Below, one piece after another: positions 1-8,896 of a stretch of DNA of 64,000 bases; the first letter of the stretch is position 1; each line of letters opens with the position of its first letter. Origin of the DNA: a virus; the IMG/VR virus record IMGVR_UViG_3300045988_139610; one strand, written 5' to 3'. The position numbers and the translations under genes are program-made. The notes beneath the pieces were generated by a model. The model saw nothing but the letters and a program-made list of their open reading frames with translations. It ran no database searches and was not told the origin of the DNA.

Positions 1-164
1 TATCTATTTCCTTCCTTTTTAGATAAATAATAACAACCTGCTACTGTATATGCCATTACAACTCCACTAACTGGTAAACTTAATCCTGCTATTGCTAACA
101 TAGCTCCAACTCCACCTATTGTTAATACATTTGCACTCGCAATACTTATTTTATTTTTATTCAT
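1..164 (-). CDS. small hydrophobic protein, 3' end cut by window edge
   Basis: ATG at 162-164 with AGGAGGG upstream (173-180). Hand translation MNKNKISIASANVLTIGGVGAMLAIAGLSLPVSGVVMAYTVAGCYYLSKKEGNR.. is largely hydrophobic. Absent from the ORF track because it is truncated. Confidence 0.4.
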   Translation of the reverse strand, partial: MNKNKISIASANVLTIGGVGAMLAIAGLSLPVSGVVMAYTVAGCYYLSKKEGNR

Positions 165-178
165 ACTCTTTATCCCTC

Positions 179-409
179 CTAATCTATTAATTCTAATTCA
201 CTCTCTTTCCAACAAACATCATTATTTGTATCTAAACAATAATAATTTTCTGAAATGAATTTACTTGGTAAAAATTTATCAACTATTATTCCTATCTTTA
301 CATTGTAACATTCCATGATTTCATTTTCCAAATCTTTGTTATCTTTTAATATTTTATTTAATTCTTCCTCTGTTATTATTAATTTAACTAAATCTCCTAT
401 ACTAAACAT
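179..409 (-). CDS. hypothetical protein; stand-alone copy of a ~65-aa GDxV...W..ELELI domain
   Basis: Track ORF is 179..448, but AAGGAGG lies 9 nt before the internal ATG at 407-409 (MFSIGDLVKL..). The N-terminal IGDxVK and C-terminal WKESELELI resemble the N-terminal domains of ORFs 875..1612 and 2155..2664. Confidence 0.5.
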   Translation of the reverse strand: MFSIGDLVKLIITEEELNKILKDNKDLENEIMECYNVKIGIIVDKFLPSKFISENYYCLDTNNDVCWKESELELID

Positions 410-410
410 A

Positions 411-614
411 TTATTTAGCCTCCTTTTTATAAAATTTATTCCAATCATCTATAATTGTTTTACCTATTGTAAAACTTACTGTTAAAAATAAAATAATGCT
501 TAATAAAATCCAACCATATTCATTATATAAAGCAAATAAAATAAGTCCTACAGTAAATCCTAATGGAATAGCACCGACCAATATAGGTTTTAAAACATCT
601 ATTATGTTTCTCAT
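411..614 (-). CDS. small membrane protein (two hydrophobic helices)
   Basis: 67 aa with two hydrophobic stretches, ILVGAIPLGFTVGLILFAL and WILLSIILFLTVSFTI. Its ATG abuts the stop of the upstream small ORF (TAATATG). Confidence 0.5.
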   Translation of the reverse strand: MRNIIDVLKPILVGAIPLGFTVGLILFALYNEYGWILLSIILFLTVSFTIGKTIIDDWNKFYKKEAK

Positions 615-615
615 A

Positions 616-792
616 TTAATCCTCCTCCTTTAAAAATAATTTTATACCTTCATAACAATTACTTTCTTTATGTGAAATACTTAGACACTTATTATCTGAT
701 TGGTATTTACATATATTACATAATTTATATTCACCTAATACTTTTGCTAATTGTTCTAATGTTAATGTATGTAATATTTCATATCTATTCAT
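616..792 (-). CDS. small Cys-containing protein (58 aa)
   Basis: Hand translation MNRYEILHTLTLEQLAKVLGEYKLCNICKYQSDNKCLSISHKESNCYEGIKLFLKEED. Below the track cut-off. First ORF after a class-B promoter. Confidence 0.45.
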   Translation of the reverse strand: MNRYEILHTLTLEQLAKVLGEYKLCNICKYQSDNKCLSISHKESNCYEGIKLFLKEED

Positions 793-804
793 TTTATCAC
801 GTCC

Positions 805-849
805 TTTCTATACTTATATATTAACGGATAGTATAAAGAAATTACCTAT
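805..849 (-). promoter_or_regulatory. class-B phage promoter/leader (ATAGGTAAT-N15-GTTAATA...), degenerate copy
   Basis: Sense strand GATAGGTAATTTCTTTATACTATCCGTTAATATATAAGTATAGAAAGGACGTGAT, with the same N15 spacing as the other copies. Confidence 0.5.
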
Positions 850-874
850 CCGTCATAAAATTTATTAATTATTT

Positions 875-1612
875 TTATTTAGTACCCGACGAACCAATCC
901 CACTCTTTCTAATTATATTACAATTATCTTCATCTGCTAATAAATATTTCTTGAATATCCCTTGCAAAATTCTTTCTCCTGCTTTTAATTCTACTGTTTT
1001 ATCTGTTAAATTTTTAAATTTAAGCCCTATATTCCCATCATTATCTGGATTACCATAATAATCACTATCTATAATTCCACATGTATTTACTAACATTAAT
1101 CCTTTTTTAAATCCAATGATACTTCTAGGTACTATTTCCAAATATTCATTATATAACATATATGCTTTGATATCTGTTTGTATTGCTTCGGATATACCAT
1201 GAGGTGGTATTTTAATATCTATTGGAGTTGATATATCATATCCTGCTGATTCACTAGTGGCACGTGTAGGTATTCTTATATCTACATTTGGATGTTTTCT
1301 AAATTCATCAGACACAATTTCAAATCCCCTTACCTTTTGTGAGACACTTTCCTCTATTTTTAATGTATTTGTTGTATAATCTACACCTAATATTTTAATT
1401 TCTGATTCATTTACTAATTCTAACGCATCTCCATACCAAAAATAATCAACATCGTTTAACACATAACATTTACCAAAGATAGCATTATAACGTATATCTA
1501 TTATTTCAAATTCCTTCCCTCTATATTTTAACATCTCTGGAATTATATCATGAAAATTATATTCATTTAAATCCTCTCTTATTCTTACTTTATCACCTAT
1601 ATTAAAATTCAT
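875..1612 (-). CDS. dut: dUTPase with an extra ~75-aa N-terminal domain
   Basis: Trimeric dUTPase motifs AGYDIS, IVPRS, GIIDSDYYG and C-terminal RKSGIGSSG. The N-terminal part FNIGDKVRI...FWYGDALELV is shared with ORFs 2155..2664 and 179..409. Confidence 0.85.
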   Translation of the reverse strand: MNFNIGDKVRIREDLNEYNFHDIIPEMLKYRGKEFEIIDIRYNAIFGKCYVLNDVDYFWYGDALELVNESEIKILGVDYTTNTLKIEESVSQKVRGFEIVSDEFRKHPNVDIRIPTRATSESAGYDISTPIDIKIPPHGISEAIQTDIKAYMLYNEYLEIVPRSIIGFKKGLMLVNTCGIIDSDYYGNPDNDGNIGLKFKNLTDKTVELKAGERILQGIFKKYLLADEDNCNIIRKSGIGSSGTK

Positions 1613-1629
1613 ATTACATCTCTCCTTTA

Positions 1630-2127
1630 TTAATAATTTATATATTTTAACACATCTAAATCATTCATTAATATACCTATATTTTTGAACTCTTTATACG
1701 GTATACTTTTACGCTTGTTATTTTCTTTAAACTTTTTGATTGCTAGCCCACTCACCAAATACACTTCTTTAAATTCTCTAAATTCTATTATAAAGAATAC
1801 ATTATTTGCATAGTTTTGAATCTCATCAATTAAATCGTATTGATAGTCTTTTATATTTGAAAGAGGAAATGAAGTTTTATTAGCTGTTGTTTTAGCCTCA
1901 AATACTATGCTTTTTCCATTAGGTAATATACCTATGTAATCTAGACAAGGTGATTGTTTCTTAGGAAAAGCCGATATAATTTTAGCTCCTTTTCTTAATA
2001 CAGTAAATTCAGTTGGAATCTTAAATATATAAGCCTTTCCTTCTTTTCTATATTTTTCAAATTGTTTTGTTAATCTATTTTCAAATTTAGCACCTATTTT
2101 ATTACTTTTATTTGGTATAAGAATCAC
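1630..2127 (-). CDS. recU: RecU-type Holliday junction resolvase
   Basis: LDYIGIL..IVFEAKTTANKTSFPLSNIKDYQYDLI closely parallels the recalled B. subtilis RecU core [22 protein letters not shown]. Confidence 0.8.
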   Translation of the reverse strand: MILIPNKSNKIGAKFENRLTKQFEKYRKEGKAYIFKIPTEFTVLRKGAKIISAFPKKQSPCLDYIGILPNGKSIVFEAKTTANKTSFPLSNIKDYQYDLIDEIQNYANNVFFIIEFREFKEVYLVSGLAIKKFKENNKRKSIPYKEFKNIGILMNDLDVLKYINY

Positions 2128-2154
2128 TTCCTTTCTTTTTAGATTATTAAAAAC

Positions 2155-2664
2155 TTATTTATTTTTGTCTTGCAATTTTTTAAGTCTTTCTATCTCTCTA
2201 TTTAAATACCAAAATCCTTTTTGAAGGTCTTCGAGTTCTTTATTTGGGTCTTTTTTTCCTGCTCGGGACACATATTTTATTACGTTTCCTCTAGCAAAAT
2301 TTAATTGTTTATCTTCTATAAAATCCATAACTTCTATGTTGCCATCTGTATAATGTGATGGATGATTAACAACATCATCTTCAATTTCTTTAGATATTTC
2401 AGAATCTTTCAAATCTGATTCATTTACTTTGTTCTCTTCTATTTTCGTATTCATATTATCATTCTCTTTTATTAATTCTAATACATTTTCTGACCAATCC
2501 CAGACTTGTTCATCTATATCTAACTTTATTATACCTTTACCAAAAGTACTTGTTACAATTGCCTCTTTATCTACAAACCCTTCCATATAACAATTACATC
2601 CAAATTCGCATTTACTCAAATCTCCTTTTATTCTAACTTTATCACCAACATTAAATTTGTTCAT
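2155..2664 (-). CDS. DUF3310 (SaV-like) protein with the shared N-terminal GDKVRI domain
   Basis: C-terminal HPSHYTDGNIEVMDFIEDKQLNFARGNVIKYVSRAGKK..EDLQKGFWYL matches the recalled DUF3310 pattern. The N-terminus FNVGDKVRIKGDL...VWDWSENVLELI is the shared domain. Confidence 0.6.
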   Translation of the reverse strand: MNKFNVGDKVRIKGDLSKCEFGCNCYMEGFVDKEAIVTSTFGKGIIKLDIDEQVWDWSENVLELIKENDNMNTKIEENKVNESDLKDSEISKEIEDDVVNHPSHYTDGNIEVMDFIEDKQLNFARGNVIKYVSRAGKKDPNKELEDLQKGFWYLNREIERLKKLQDKNK

Positions 2665-2734
2665 TAAATATCATCTCCTTAAAATTTGTTATTTTTATTA
2701 ATATTTTATTTAGAGTATATTTTATCACCTCCTT

Positions 2735-2778
2735 CCTTATATTACTGTATTAGCGTTAGTTATTTAAAAATTACCTAT
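2735..2778 (-). promoter_or_regulatory. class-B phage promoter/leader
   Basis: Sense AATAGGTAATTTTTAAATAACTAACGCTAATACAGTAATATAAGGAAGGAGGTGAT. Confidence 0.6.
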
Positions 2779-2796
2779 TCACCACAAATTTATTAA

Positions 2797-2970
2797 TTAT
2801 TTTCCGTATTCATCATTAATAAATTTAAAAATTGATATTATATCACATAAACATTCAGCCCCAGAACAGCTACGCATATTACATGTTTCGTCAAAGATAC
2901 AATCTTTACATTTTACAGTCCTTAATGCTTCATACAAACTATCTAAAGCTAAATTGAAATCGTCTCCCAT
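2797..2970 (-). CDS. small Cys-rich protein (57 aa)
   Basis: Hand translation MGDDFNLALDSLYEALRTVKCKDCIFDETCNMRSCSGAECLCDIISIFKFINDEYGK. The stop lies inside the 17-mer. Confidence 0.5.
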   Translation of the reverse strand: MGDDFNLALDSLYEALRTVKCKDCIFDETCNMRSCSGAECLCDIISIFKFINDEYGK

Positions 2971-2984
2971 AACATACCTCCTAT

Positions 2985-3218
2985 TTATTCTTCGTTTAAA
3001 TCTTTCATTATAAATAAACTGTTATTATCATTATCTGAAATTATTACATATCTACCTTCATTATTTATATTTATATTAGATGATAATTTGATATATTTTC
3101 CTGTTTGTAATGCATTAATATATAATTCACCTGTCATACTATCAAAATCCAAACTAACTCTCTCTCCTATCACTTCTTGTAAGTGATTTATTTTTGAATC
3201 TATGAATAACATTACCAT
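2985..3218 (-). CDS. hypothetical protein
   Basis: ORF in the co-directional array with AAGGAG upstream. No recognisable motif. Confidence 0.45.
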   Translation of the reverse strand: MVMLFIDSKINHLQEVIGERVSLDFDSMTGELYINALQTGKYIKLSSNININNEGRYVIISDNDNNSLFIMKDLNEE

Positions 3219-3260
3219 AACAACATCATCTCCTTAAAATTTATTATTTTTATTAATATT

Positions 3261-3599
3261 TTATTTTTTTGTAAATTCGTATAATATTTGTATAACTTCT
3301 TCGTTATTCCTTTTTATAATTAAAGGTAAGCAAGCATAATTGTTATATATTACAACTTTATCTATTCTAAAATCATTTATTTGTGAATTTAACACAATAC
3401 GTTCTAACTCTTTTAACACTTCATAATATGTTTCTGTCTTGTCCCCATGTTCATTTATAAGCATACCAATTGGTGTAACTCTCATTTCTTTTGTGAATAA
3501 AGAATTTCCATCATAAACGGCTTCTATTTTAGTTGTCAAGTCATATTCCTCTAAATTTATATTTGTTTTCATATAAAATAATTCATAAAATTCATTCAA
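3261..3599 (-). CDS. hypothetical protein
   Basis: ORF directly behind a class-B promoter. TTG start 6 nt after GGAGGTGAT. Confidence 0.5.
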   Translation of the reverse strand: MNEFYELFYMKTNINLEEYDLTTKIEAVYDGNSLFTKEMRVTPIGMLINEHGDKTETYYEVLKELERIVLNSQINDFRIDKVVIYNNYACLPLIIKRNNEEVIQILYEFTKK

Positions 3600-3615
3600 C
3601 TTTTATCACCTCCTT

Positions 3616-3660
3616 CCTTATATTATTGTATTAACATGACTTACTTAAAAATTACCTATG
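3616..3660 (-). promoter_or_regulatory. class-B phage promoter/leader
   Basis: Sense CATAGGTAATTTTTAAGTAAGTCATGTTAATACAATAATATAAGGAAGGAGGTGAT. Confidence 0.6.
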
Positions 3661-3674
3661 TTTATTAATTATTT

Positions 3675-4172
3675 TTAATTTATATATTCAAATTCATAAT
3701 CGTAATTATTTTTCTTTTGTCCTTTCAGTATTGAAGTTATAGTTTTTCTATTTAATTGTAACTGTTCTGCACATGAACGTATAGATTTAAAAATATATGT
3801 TTCTCCTGTTATTTTATGTGTTACCTTAACCTCGCATCTATATGTACTTTTATAAAGATTATTATCGTATGCATGTTGAGTATTCTTTTTATTTGAAGTC
3901 CATTCTAAATTCTCAACATTGTTGTTTAATTTATTCCCGTCAATATGATTGACCATATTATTATTTTCTGATTTACCTTTAACAAATGCTTCAGCAACCA
4001 AAATATGTACTCTTTTATAGCATCTCTTTTTATTTTTTCTTAATATGACTTGTTTATATCCTACATCATCTATTCATTGACATAATTCTTTATACTTAGA
4101 TTTAACTTTAGATATAACTCTTCCGTCATCTGTAATAAAATAATTTTTAAACCCCTCAATTTCTCTTTCCAT
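3675..4172 (-). pseudogene. HNH (HNH_3/NUMOD4-like) homing endonuclease interrupted by one in-frame TGA
   Basis: ATG at 4170-4172 after GGGGTGA. MEREIEGFKNYFITDDGRVISKVKSKYKELCQ-TGA(4074-4076)-IDDVGYKQVILRKNKKRCYKRVHILVAEAF..NHIDGNKLNNNVENLEW all lie in one frame of 166 codons. Confidence 0.7.
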
Positions 4173-4305
4173 ACTATTCACCCCAAATTTATTAATTATT
4201 TTTAACCCTTAACCTATATAGCATATTATCCAAATAATTTAATCATCATTAATTTTGATAATTGTTTTTCTAATGTTTCTAATATACCATACATATTATC
4301 ACCTC

Positions 4306-7300
4306 CTAACATTTTGAGAATCCACATTTACATTGTAAACAAGACCCCACAGTTGATAATTCTTCACCACACTCTGGACATTTATGATATCTACTTGCAA
4401 ATGCAGTTTCTCCATATTCTTTTATATAATCTAAATCTTCTTTAGTTAATGCGTTTTCTTCGATTTCTTTTTGCTTATCATGATTGTAATAATTTAAATC
4501 TACTAATTCTTTTAATACTTCTTCTTGTAAATCATTTTCTACATCAAGCAAACAATATAATATTGATGCACCACAGCTATTTCCTTTTGAAACTTCTATA
4601 CCTTTGCCTTTGGCTCTAACATAACTAGGACAAGTTCCAGCACCCTTAAATGATTTTTCTAATGATTTTAAATTACCTCCTATTCTTAAATCATGACTCA
4701 TTGCTATAGCTAAATTTTGTATCCCTAAAGCACATCCACCTTTAGATGAATTGGTAACATAAAAATCAAATATTCTCTTTTCTGTAGGTATAATTCCTAT
4801 ATGTAAAGTCATAGAACCACAACCACTTTTTATTTTTCTACGAATTTCAATTATTGATTCTGGTCTTTTTTCCCATTCACCTCTTAATAATTGTTCCTTT
4901 TCTTTATTATCTTTTTCGTTATCTATTGTTAATATACCTTTTCTTATTTCATTAGGTCTAAATATAGTACAACCACTTATACCATTTTTCCAACATTTAG
5001 TGTAAACATCTTTAGTATCTTCAAATGAATATTCAGTAGGAATATTAATTGTTTTACTACAACTCATATCAACATGATAAGACACTGTGCTTAATATGTT
5101 AACGTGGTCATCAACTGATAATTCCATAGCTGTAACAAATTTATTTTTATCAACTATATTTTCTTCAGAATTAAATTCTAACCATTTTTCATAAACATAG
5201 TCTCTCATTTTAAAAATTTCTATATTTTCGTCGTCCTGCCCACCTATTTTTATTTGTCTGTCATATTCTAAACTAAATATAGGTTCTAATGAAGAAGAAC
5301 AGTTATTACCATATGAAAGAGAAAGAGTCCCAGCAGGAGCTACACTTATCAATCTCCCATTACGTATACCATAAAATAAAATTTTATCTTTTATTTTTTC
5401 CCATTCTGGATATTTTTCAATATGTTTTCTTATAAAATTACTTTCAACGAATTTATTTTTGTCTAAAAAATTAAATGAACCTTTTTCTTTGGCTAAATCA
5501 CAGCTTGTATCGTAAGCATTTAAAGATATAAAATTCATCAATTCATCTGTAAATTTTATCGATTCTTCACTCCCGTATCTCATATTTAACATTGCAAACG
5601 TATCGGCTAATCCTGTTATTCCTAAACCAATAGTTCTTATATTTTTTTGATAATTTTCAAATTGTTTTAAAGGATAATTGTTAATATCTATTATATTATC
5701 CAACATTCTAACTGCGACGTTTATAACCTTTTGTAATTTATCGTAATCCATTTTCGCATCTTTTGTAAATGGGGCAATTACAAAATTGTGTAAAAATAAA
5801 CTCCCTAAATTACAAGCACCCATATAATCTTTTTTAATTCCTTCATCGTCATATAATATTCCACTAATATATTCAGCACAGTTATGTGCAACATATCCTT
5901 CTATTATGCCCCAATGATTTTTAGGTTCTGTAAAATCATATACTAATTTTTTACCATTATCTTTAATACTTCTTACATAAGGTACTCTTGATTTTATTAA
6001 TTTATTAAGTTTTATTTTTTTATAAGTTTGATAAAACCCTATAAATTGTGCAAATATTAATATGTCATCATATTTATTTATATTTACATCATAACTTTCT
6101 CTACATTCATATTCTCCATTTTTAAATTCTACCATATGTTTTTTATTTATTGTTAAATTTGCTGTTATTCCAAAATCTTTTTCTAAGGTATTTATAAGTT
6201 CTGTGGCAAATTCTTTACAAGTTGTTTTATAACTTACCCTTTTATTTGAATTAACACACCCATTGGCTGAAAAACAACCTTGTAAAAAGTTTGCCTTTTG
6301 ATTTAAATCCCATTCATTATAAGCTTTAGGCATTGCTCTATTTGGTAAAATTTCTTGTGAGAATTGAAATTTTTTCAGTAAATCATTATATCCTTGTAAA
6401 TATATTTCTCTATATGATTTCACAGTATACTTGTCATTTTCAAATAGATATCTTACGTCACCATCTTTCTCACCTATATTAACTTCAATGCCTTCATGTG
6501 ATTCACTATTTAATCTACTTAACTGTCCATCACCTTGTATAAATCCTAATTTAATATATAAATCGTCATCTTTGATTGTTTTATATATTTTTGGCATAAT
6601 TTTTTTACTTTTTAAATCTTTAGCTTTACATTCTTCTCCGTCTATTGTCATAAATCTATGGTCTGGAGTACAAGTTATTTCTTTTCCATTTGAAAATTTT
6701 AATTTAATTGTATCTTTTTCTCCATTACACCATACTTTTCCTTTTGTTATCTCACCGTCATAACTATAAATTAAAGGTTCTGTATTACATAATTCTTCCA
6801 ATGTTTTATAACCATCTTGTGTTAATAGTTTCATATCTCCTGTAAAACATGGGTTGGTAGTTACTATATTTTCCATGTAATAAAGATTGTTATTTTTATT
6901 CATGTTGTCATAATATAAAACTCCGTATTCACCTGTGTTATAAGCTTTTGTTATAATCAAATCCCACAGTTCTTTAGCATTAACTTCTTTTTTTGTTTTC
7001 CATTTTGACTCTTCATTAATTATTTCACCGTAATCACTCATACAAGGGTATCTTAAATATATTTTTTGATTATTTTCTACAGCCTTCATAAAATTATCAT
7101 CTACTAAAACTGATAAATTAAAATGAGTCAATCGTCCTTCGTCCCATGATTTTGATTCTAAAAAATCATATATATCTGGATGATAAATGCATAAACAACC
7201 CATATTAGCTCCTCTACGACTTCCTTGTAGGACGGTATGAGTTTGACTATCAAATGCATTCATAAAACTAACTACACCACTCGCTACAGCGTCATTTGAA

Positions 7301-7650
7301 GTAGGTGTACCGTTAGGTCTCAATAAACTAAAATTGTACCCTGTTCCTCCACCTGCTTTTTGTGTTATAGCACCGTATTTAACATAATCAAATATTCCTT
7401 CCATGGAATCTGGTACTAAATTTAAAGTAAAACAATTATTAAGAGTCAATGTTTTCCCTATACCAGAATTACTCATAGTTCTTCCAGCAGGATAAAATAA
7501 TCCTTCTAACATAATTTTTTTAAATTCTTCACATTCTTTTTCATTAGTACTCACATATTTTGCCACTCTTTCTATAGACTCATTGAAAGATTCATTGTTT
7601 TTTCTATATCTATCTTCCCATATTTGTTTTGAAATTAAATTAGTTATCAT
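4306..7650 (-). CDS. nrdJ: ribonucleotide reductase, class II (NrdJ)-like, carrying an intein
   Basis: N-terminal IWEDRYRKNNE..ERVAKYV and GGGTGYNFS. The active-site NPC(A)E motif is split by 323 aa. C-terminal CPECG..CLQCKC zinc ribbon. No NrdB-like gene in the window. The class assignment is less certain than the RNR call. Confidence 0.85.
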   Translation of the reverse strand: MITNLISKQIWEDRYRKNNESFNESIERVAKYVSTNEKECEEFKKIMLEGLFYPAGRTMSNSGIGKTLTLNNCFTLNLVPDSMEGIFDYVKYGAITQKAGGGTGYNFSLLRPNGTPTSNDAVASGVVSFMNAFDSQTHTVLQGSRRGANMGCLCIYHPDIYDFLESKSWDEGRLTHFNLSVLVDDNFMKAVENNQKIYLRYPCMSDYGEIINEESKWKTKKEVNAKELWDLIITKAYNTGEYGVLYYDNMNKNNNLYYMENIVTTNPCFTGDMKLLTQDGYKTLEELCNTEPLIYSYDGEITKGKVWCNGEKDTIKLKFSNGKEITCTPDHRFMTIDGEECKAKDLKSKKIMPKIYKTIKDDDLYIKLGFIQGDGQLSRLNSESHEGIEVNIGEKDGDVRYLFENDKYTVKSYREIYLQGYNDLLKKFQFSQEILPNRAMPKAYNEWDLNQKANFLQGCFSANGCVNSNKRVSYKTTCKEFATELINTLEKDFGITANLTINKKHMVEFKNGEYECRESYDVNINKYDDILIFAQFIGFYQTYKKIKLNKLIKSRVPYVRSIKDNGKKLVYDFTEPKNHWGIIEGYVAHNCAEYISGILYDDEGIKKDYMGACNLGSLFLHNFVIAPFTKDAKMDYDKLQKVINVAVRMLDNIIDINNYPLKQFENYQKNIRTIGLGITGLADTFAMLNMRYGSEESIKFTDELMNFISLNAYDTSCDLAKEKGSFNFLDKNKFVESNFIRKHIEKYPEWEKIKDKILFYGIRNGRLISVAPAGTLSLSYGNNCSSSLEPIFSLEYDRQIKIGGQDDENIEIFKMRDYVYEKWLEFNSEENIVDKNKFVTAMELSVDDHVNILSTVSYHVDMSCSKTINIPTEYSFEDTKDVYTKCWKNGISGCTIFRPNEIRKGILTIDNEKDNKEKEQLLRGEWEKRPESIIEIRRKIKSGCGSMTLHIGIIPTEKRIFDFYVTNSSKGGCALGIQNLAIAMSHDLRIGGNLKSLEKSFKGAGTCPSYVRAKGKGIEVSKGNSCGASILYCLLDVENDLQEEVLKELVDLNYYNHDKQKEIEENALTKEDLDYIKEYGETAFASRYHKCPECGEELSTVGSCLQCKCGFSKC
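5881..6849 (-). mobile_element. intein with LAGLIDADG homing endonuclease domain inside the RNR gene
   Basis: Starts with Cys (CFTGDMKLL, codon 268) and ends ..GYVAHN, followed by +1 Cys (CAEY). LAGLIDADG blocks LGFIQGDGQ and FLQGCFSANGC. Confidence 0.8.
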
Positions 7651-7675
7651 ATAACCACTCCTTTATTAATTATTT

Positions 7676-8443
7676 TTAATCTGTTATTTCAACTTCATAA
7701 GAATACATACCGTCATATAGCCTTTTAGGTATTAAGTCAAAGTAATAATCTGCTACTTCTTTAATATTCTTTTCTTTATAATATTTATATATTTCAAATC
7801 CTTTCTTTTGAGTTTCATAATAGCCTAAATATTCACATTTCGATTTTCCTGTTTCTGGATTAATCATATTACAACGTATTACATATTTACCATTTACAGG
7901 AGTTGTTCCTATCAGAGAATCACCTCTTGATTTATCACATTTAGTAAATAAACTATTGATTGTATGTGGCACAAAAATACAAGTTTCTGGACTATAAATT
8001 TTATTACCTTTAACTAATATATCTTTGTCCAAATGCATCCTTTCCCCTTCTACTTCATAATAATTTTCATAATACCATTTAGCGAAATTCTGAAAGTTAT
8101 GCCATTCATCACAAACTTCGCATCCAATGTAAGTCGGATTTCTTTTATGGAATTTATCAGAATAACATCTTTTTAGCATATCGTGCCAAACATCATAACA
8201 TTTTGTAGCCTTACTATTTTTACTTACTTTATATTTACCTTCCCCTAAATACCCCACTCCATATATACTTCTCTCATAAGGACATTTTATTTCACCTTTT
8301 TTAAAATTTCTATATGCTTTATTTTTAACCGTCCAATCATATTGAGGAAAATAAACGTCTATATCTATAGCCTTCCTATAATTAATAATTATCATCTCAC
8401 TTCCGAAGTTATTTATATTCTTTTCACCAGTTCTATCATTCAT
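7676..8443 (-). CDS. free-standing homing-endonuclease-like protein with AP2-type C-terminal domain (paralog 1 of 4)
   Basis: Shares NINNFGSEM, CPYER, GVGYLGEGKYKVS, W..ML.RCY, LDKDILVKGNKIYSPETCI and GTTPVNGKY...LGYY.T...F..YK.YKE with 20481.., 24088.. and 54633... Confidence 0.55.
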   Translation of the reverse strand: MNDRTGEKNINNFGSEMIIINYRKAIDIDVYFPQYDWTVKNKAYRNFKKGEIKCPYERSIYGVGYLGEGKYKVSKNSKATKCYDVWHDMLKRCYSDKFHKRNPTYIGCEVCDEWHNFQNFAKWYYENYYEVEGERMHLDKDILVKGNKIYSPETCIFVPHTINSLFTKCDKSRGDSLIGTTPVNGKYVIRCNMINPETGKSKCEYLGYYETQKKGFEIYKYYKEKNIKEVADYYFDLIPKRLYDGMYSYEVEITD

Positions 8444-8456
8444 ATTATCACCTCCT

Positions 8457-8499
8457 TCATATTACTATATTAACAAAACTTTTATAAAAATTACCTATA
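8457..8499 (-). promoter_or_regulatory. class-B phage promoter/leader
   Basis: Sense TATAGGTAATTTTTATAAAAGTTTTGTTAATATAGTAATATGAAGGAGGTGATAATATG(gene start). Confidence 0.6.
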
Positions 8500-8502
8500 A
8501 AT

Positions 8503-8883
8503 TTAATTATTTATATACCAAACACCGAATATTTCTTTAAGACTAAACATACTACACTCATTCCATTTATTATATTCTGTATCAAAATAATGTACATTTT
8601 CATTCCCTTTGGGGGACATTACATACTTTATTTCACTATAACAGCTTTCTATCTCTTTCCCTTCTTTTAAGGCTTTCATAGCCTCCTCAAAAGTATATTT
8701 TTTCTTGTCTAATACAAATATGTCATCTAACATTACACCAATTTTTTCAAACTCACCATTAAATTTAAAATGTATAACATTTGAAGATTTTTCTATTTTC
8801 GCCAATCTTCTATCATCATATTTATTAATCCATGTTTCACCTTCTTTAATTGTATTCATTACCTCTTGAAATGTTTTCTCCAT
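8503..8883 (-). CDS. hypothetical protein with tandem TF.E.M..(I/L)KEG repeats (possibly DUF2829-like)
   Basis: AAAGGAGGAGATATT precedes the ATG at 8881-8883 (MEKTFQEVMNTIKEGETW..). The second repeat is YTFEEAMKALKEGKEIE. Confidence 0.45.
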   Translation of the reverse strand: MEKTFQEVMNTIKEGETWINKYDDRRLAKIEKSSNVIHFKFNGEFEKIGVMLDDIFVLDKKKYTFEEAMKALKEGKEIESCYSEIKYVMSPKGNENVHYFDTEYNKWNECSMFSLKEIFGVWYINN

Positions 8884-8896
8884 AATATCTCCTCCT

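Noticed and set aside
3675-4172. TGA read as Trp (genetic code 4) to explain the in-frame TGA in the HNH gene.
   Set aside because: Trp is encoded by TGG throughout the long intact ORFs, which would be fragmented if TGA-Trp were common. TGA also acts as a genuine stop, for example at the primase gene (21266-21268). The standard code 11 applies.
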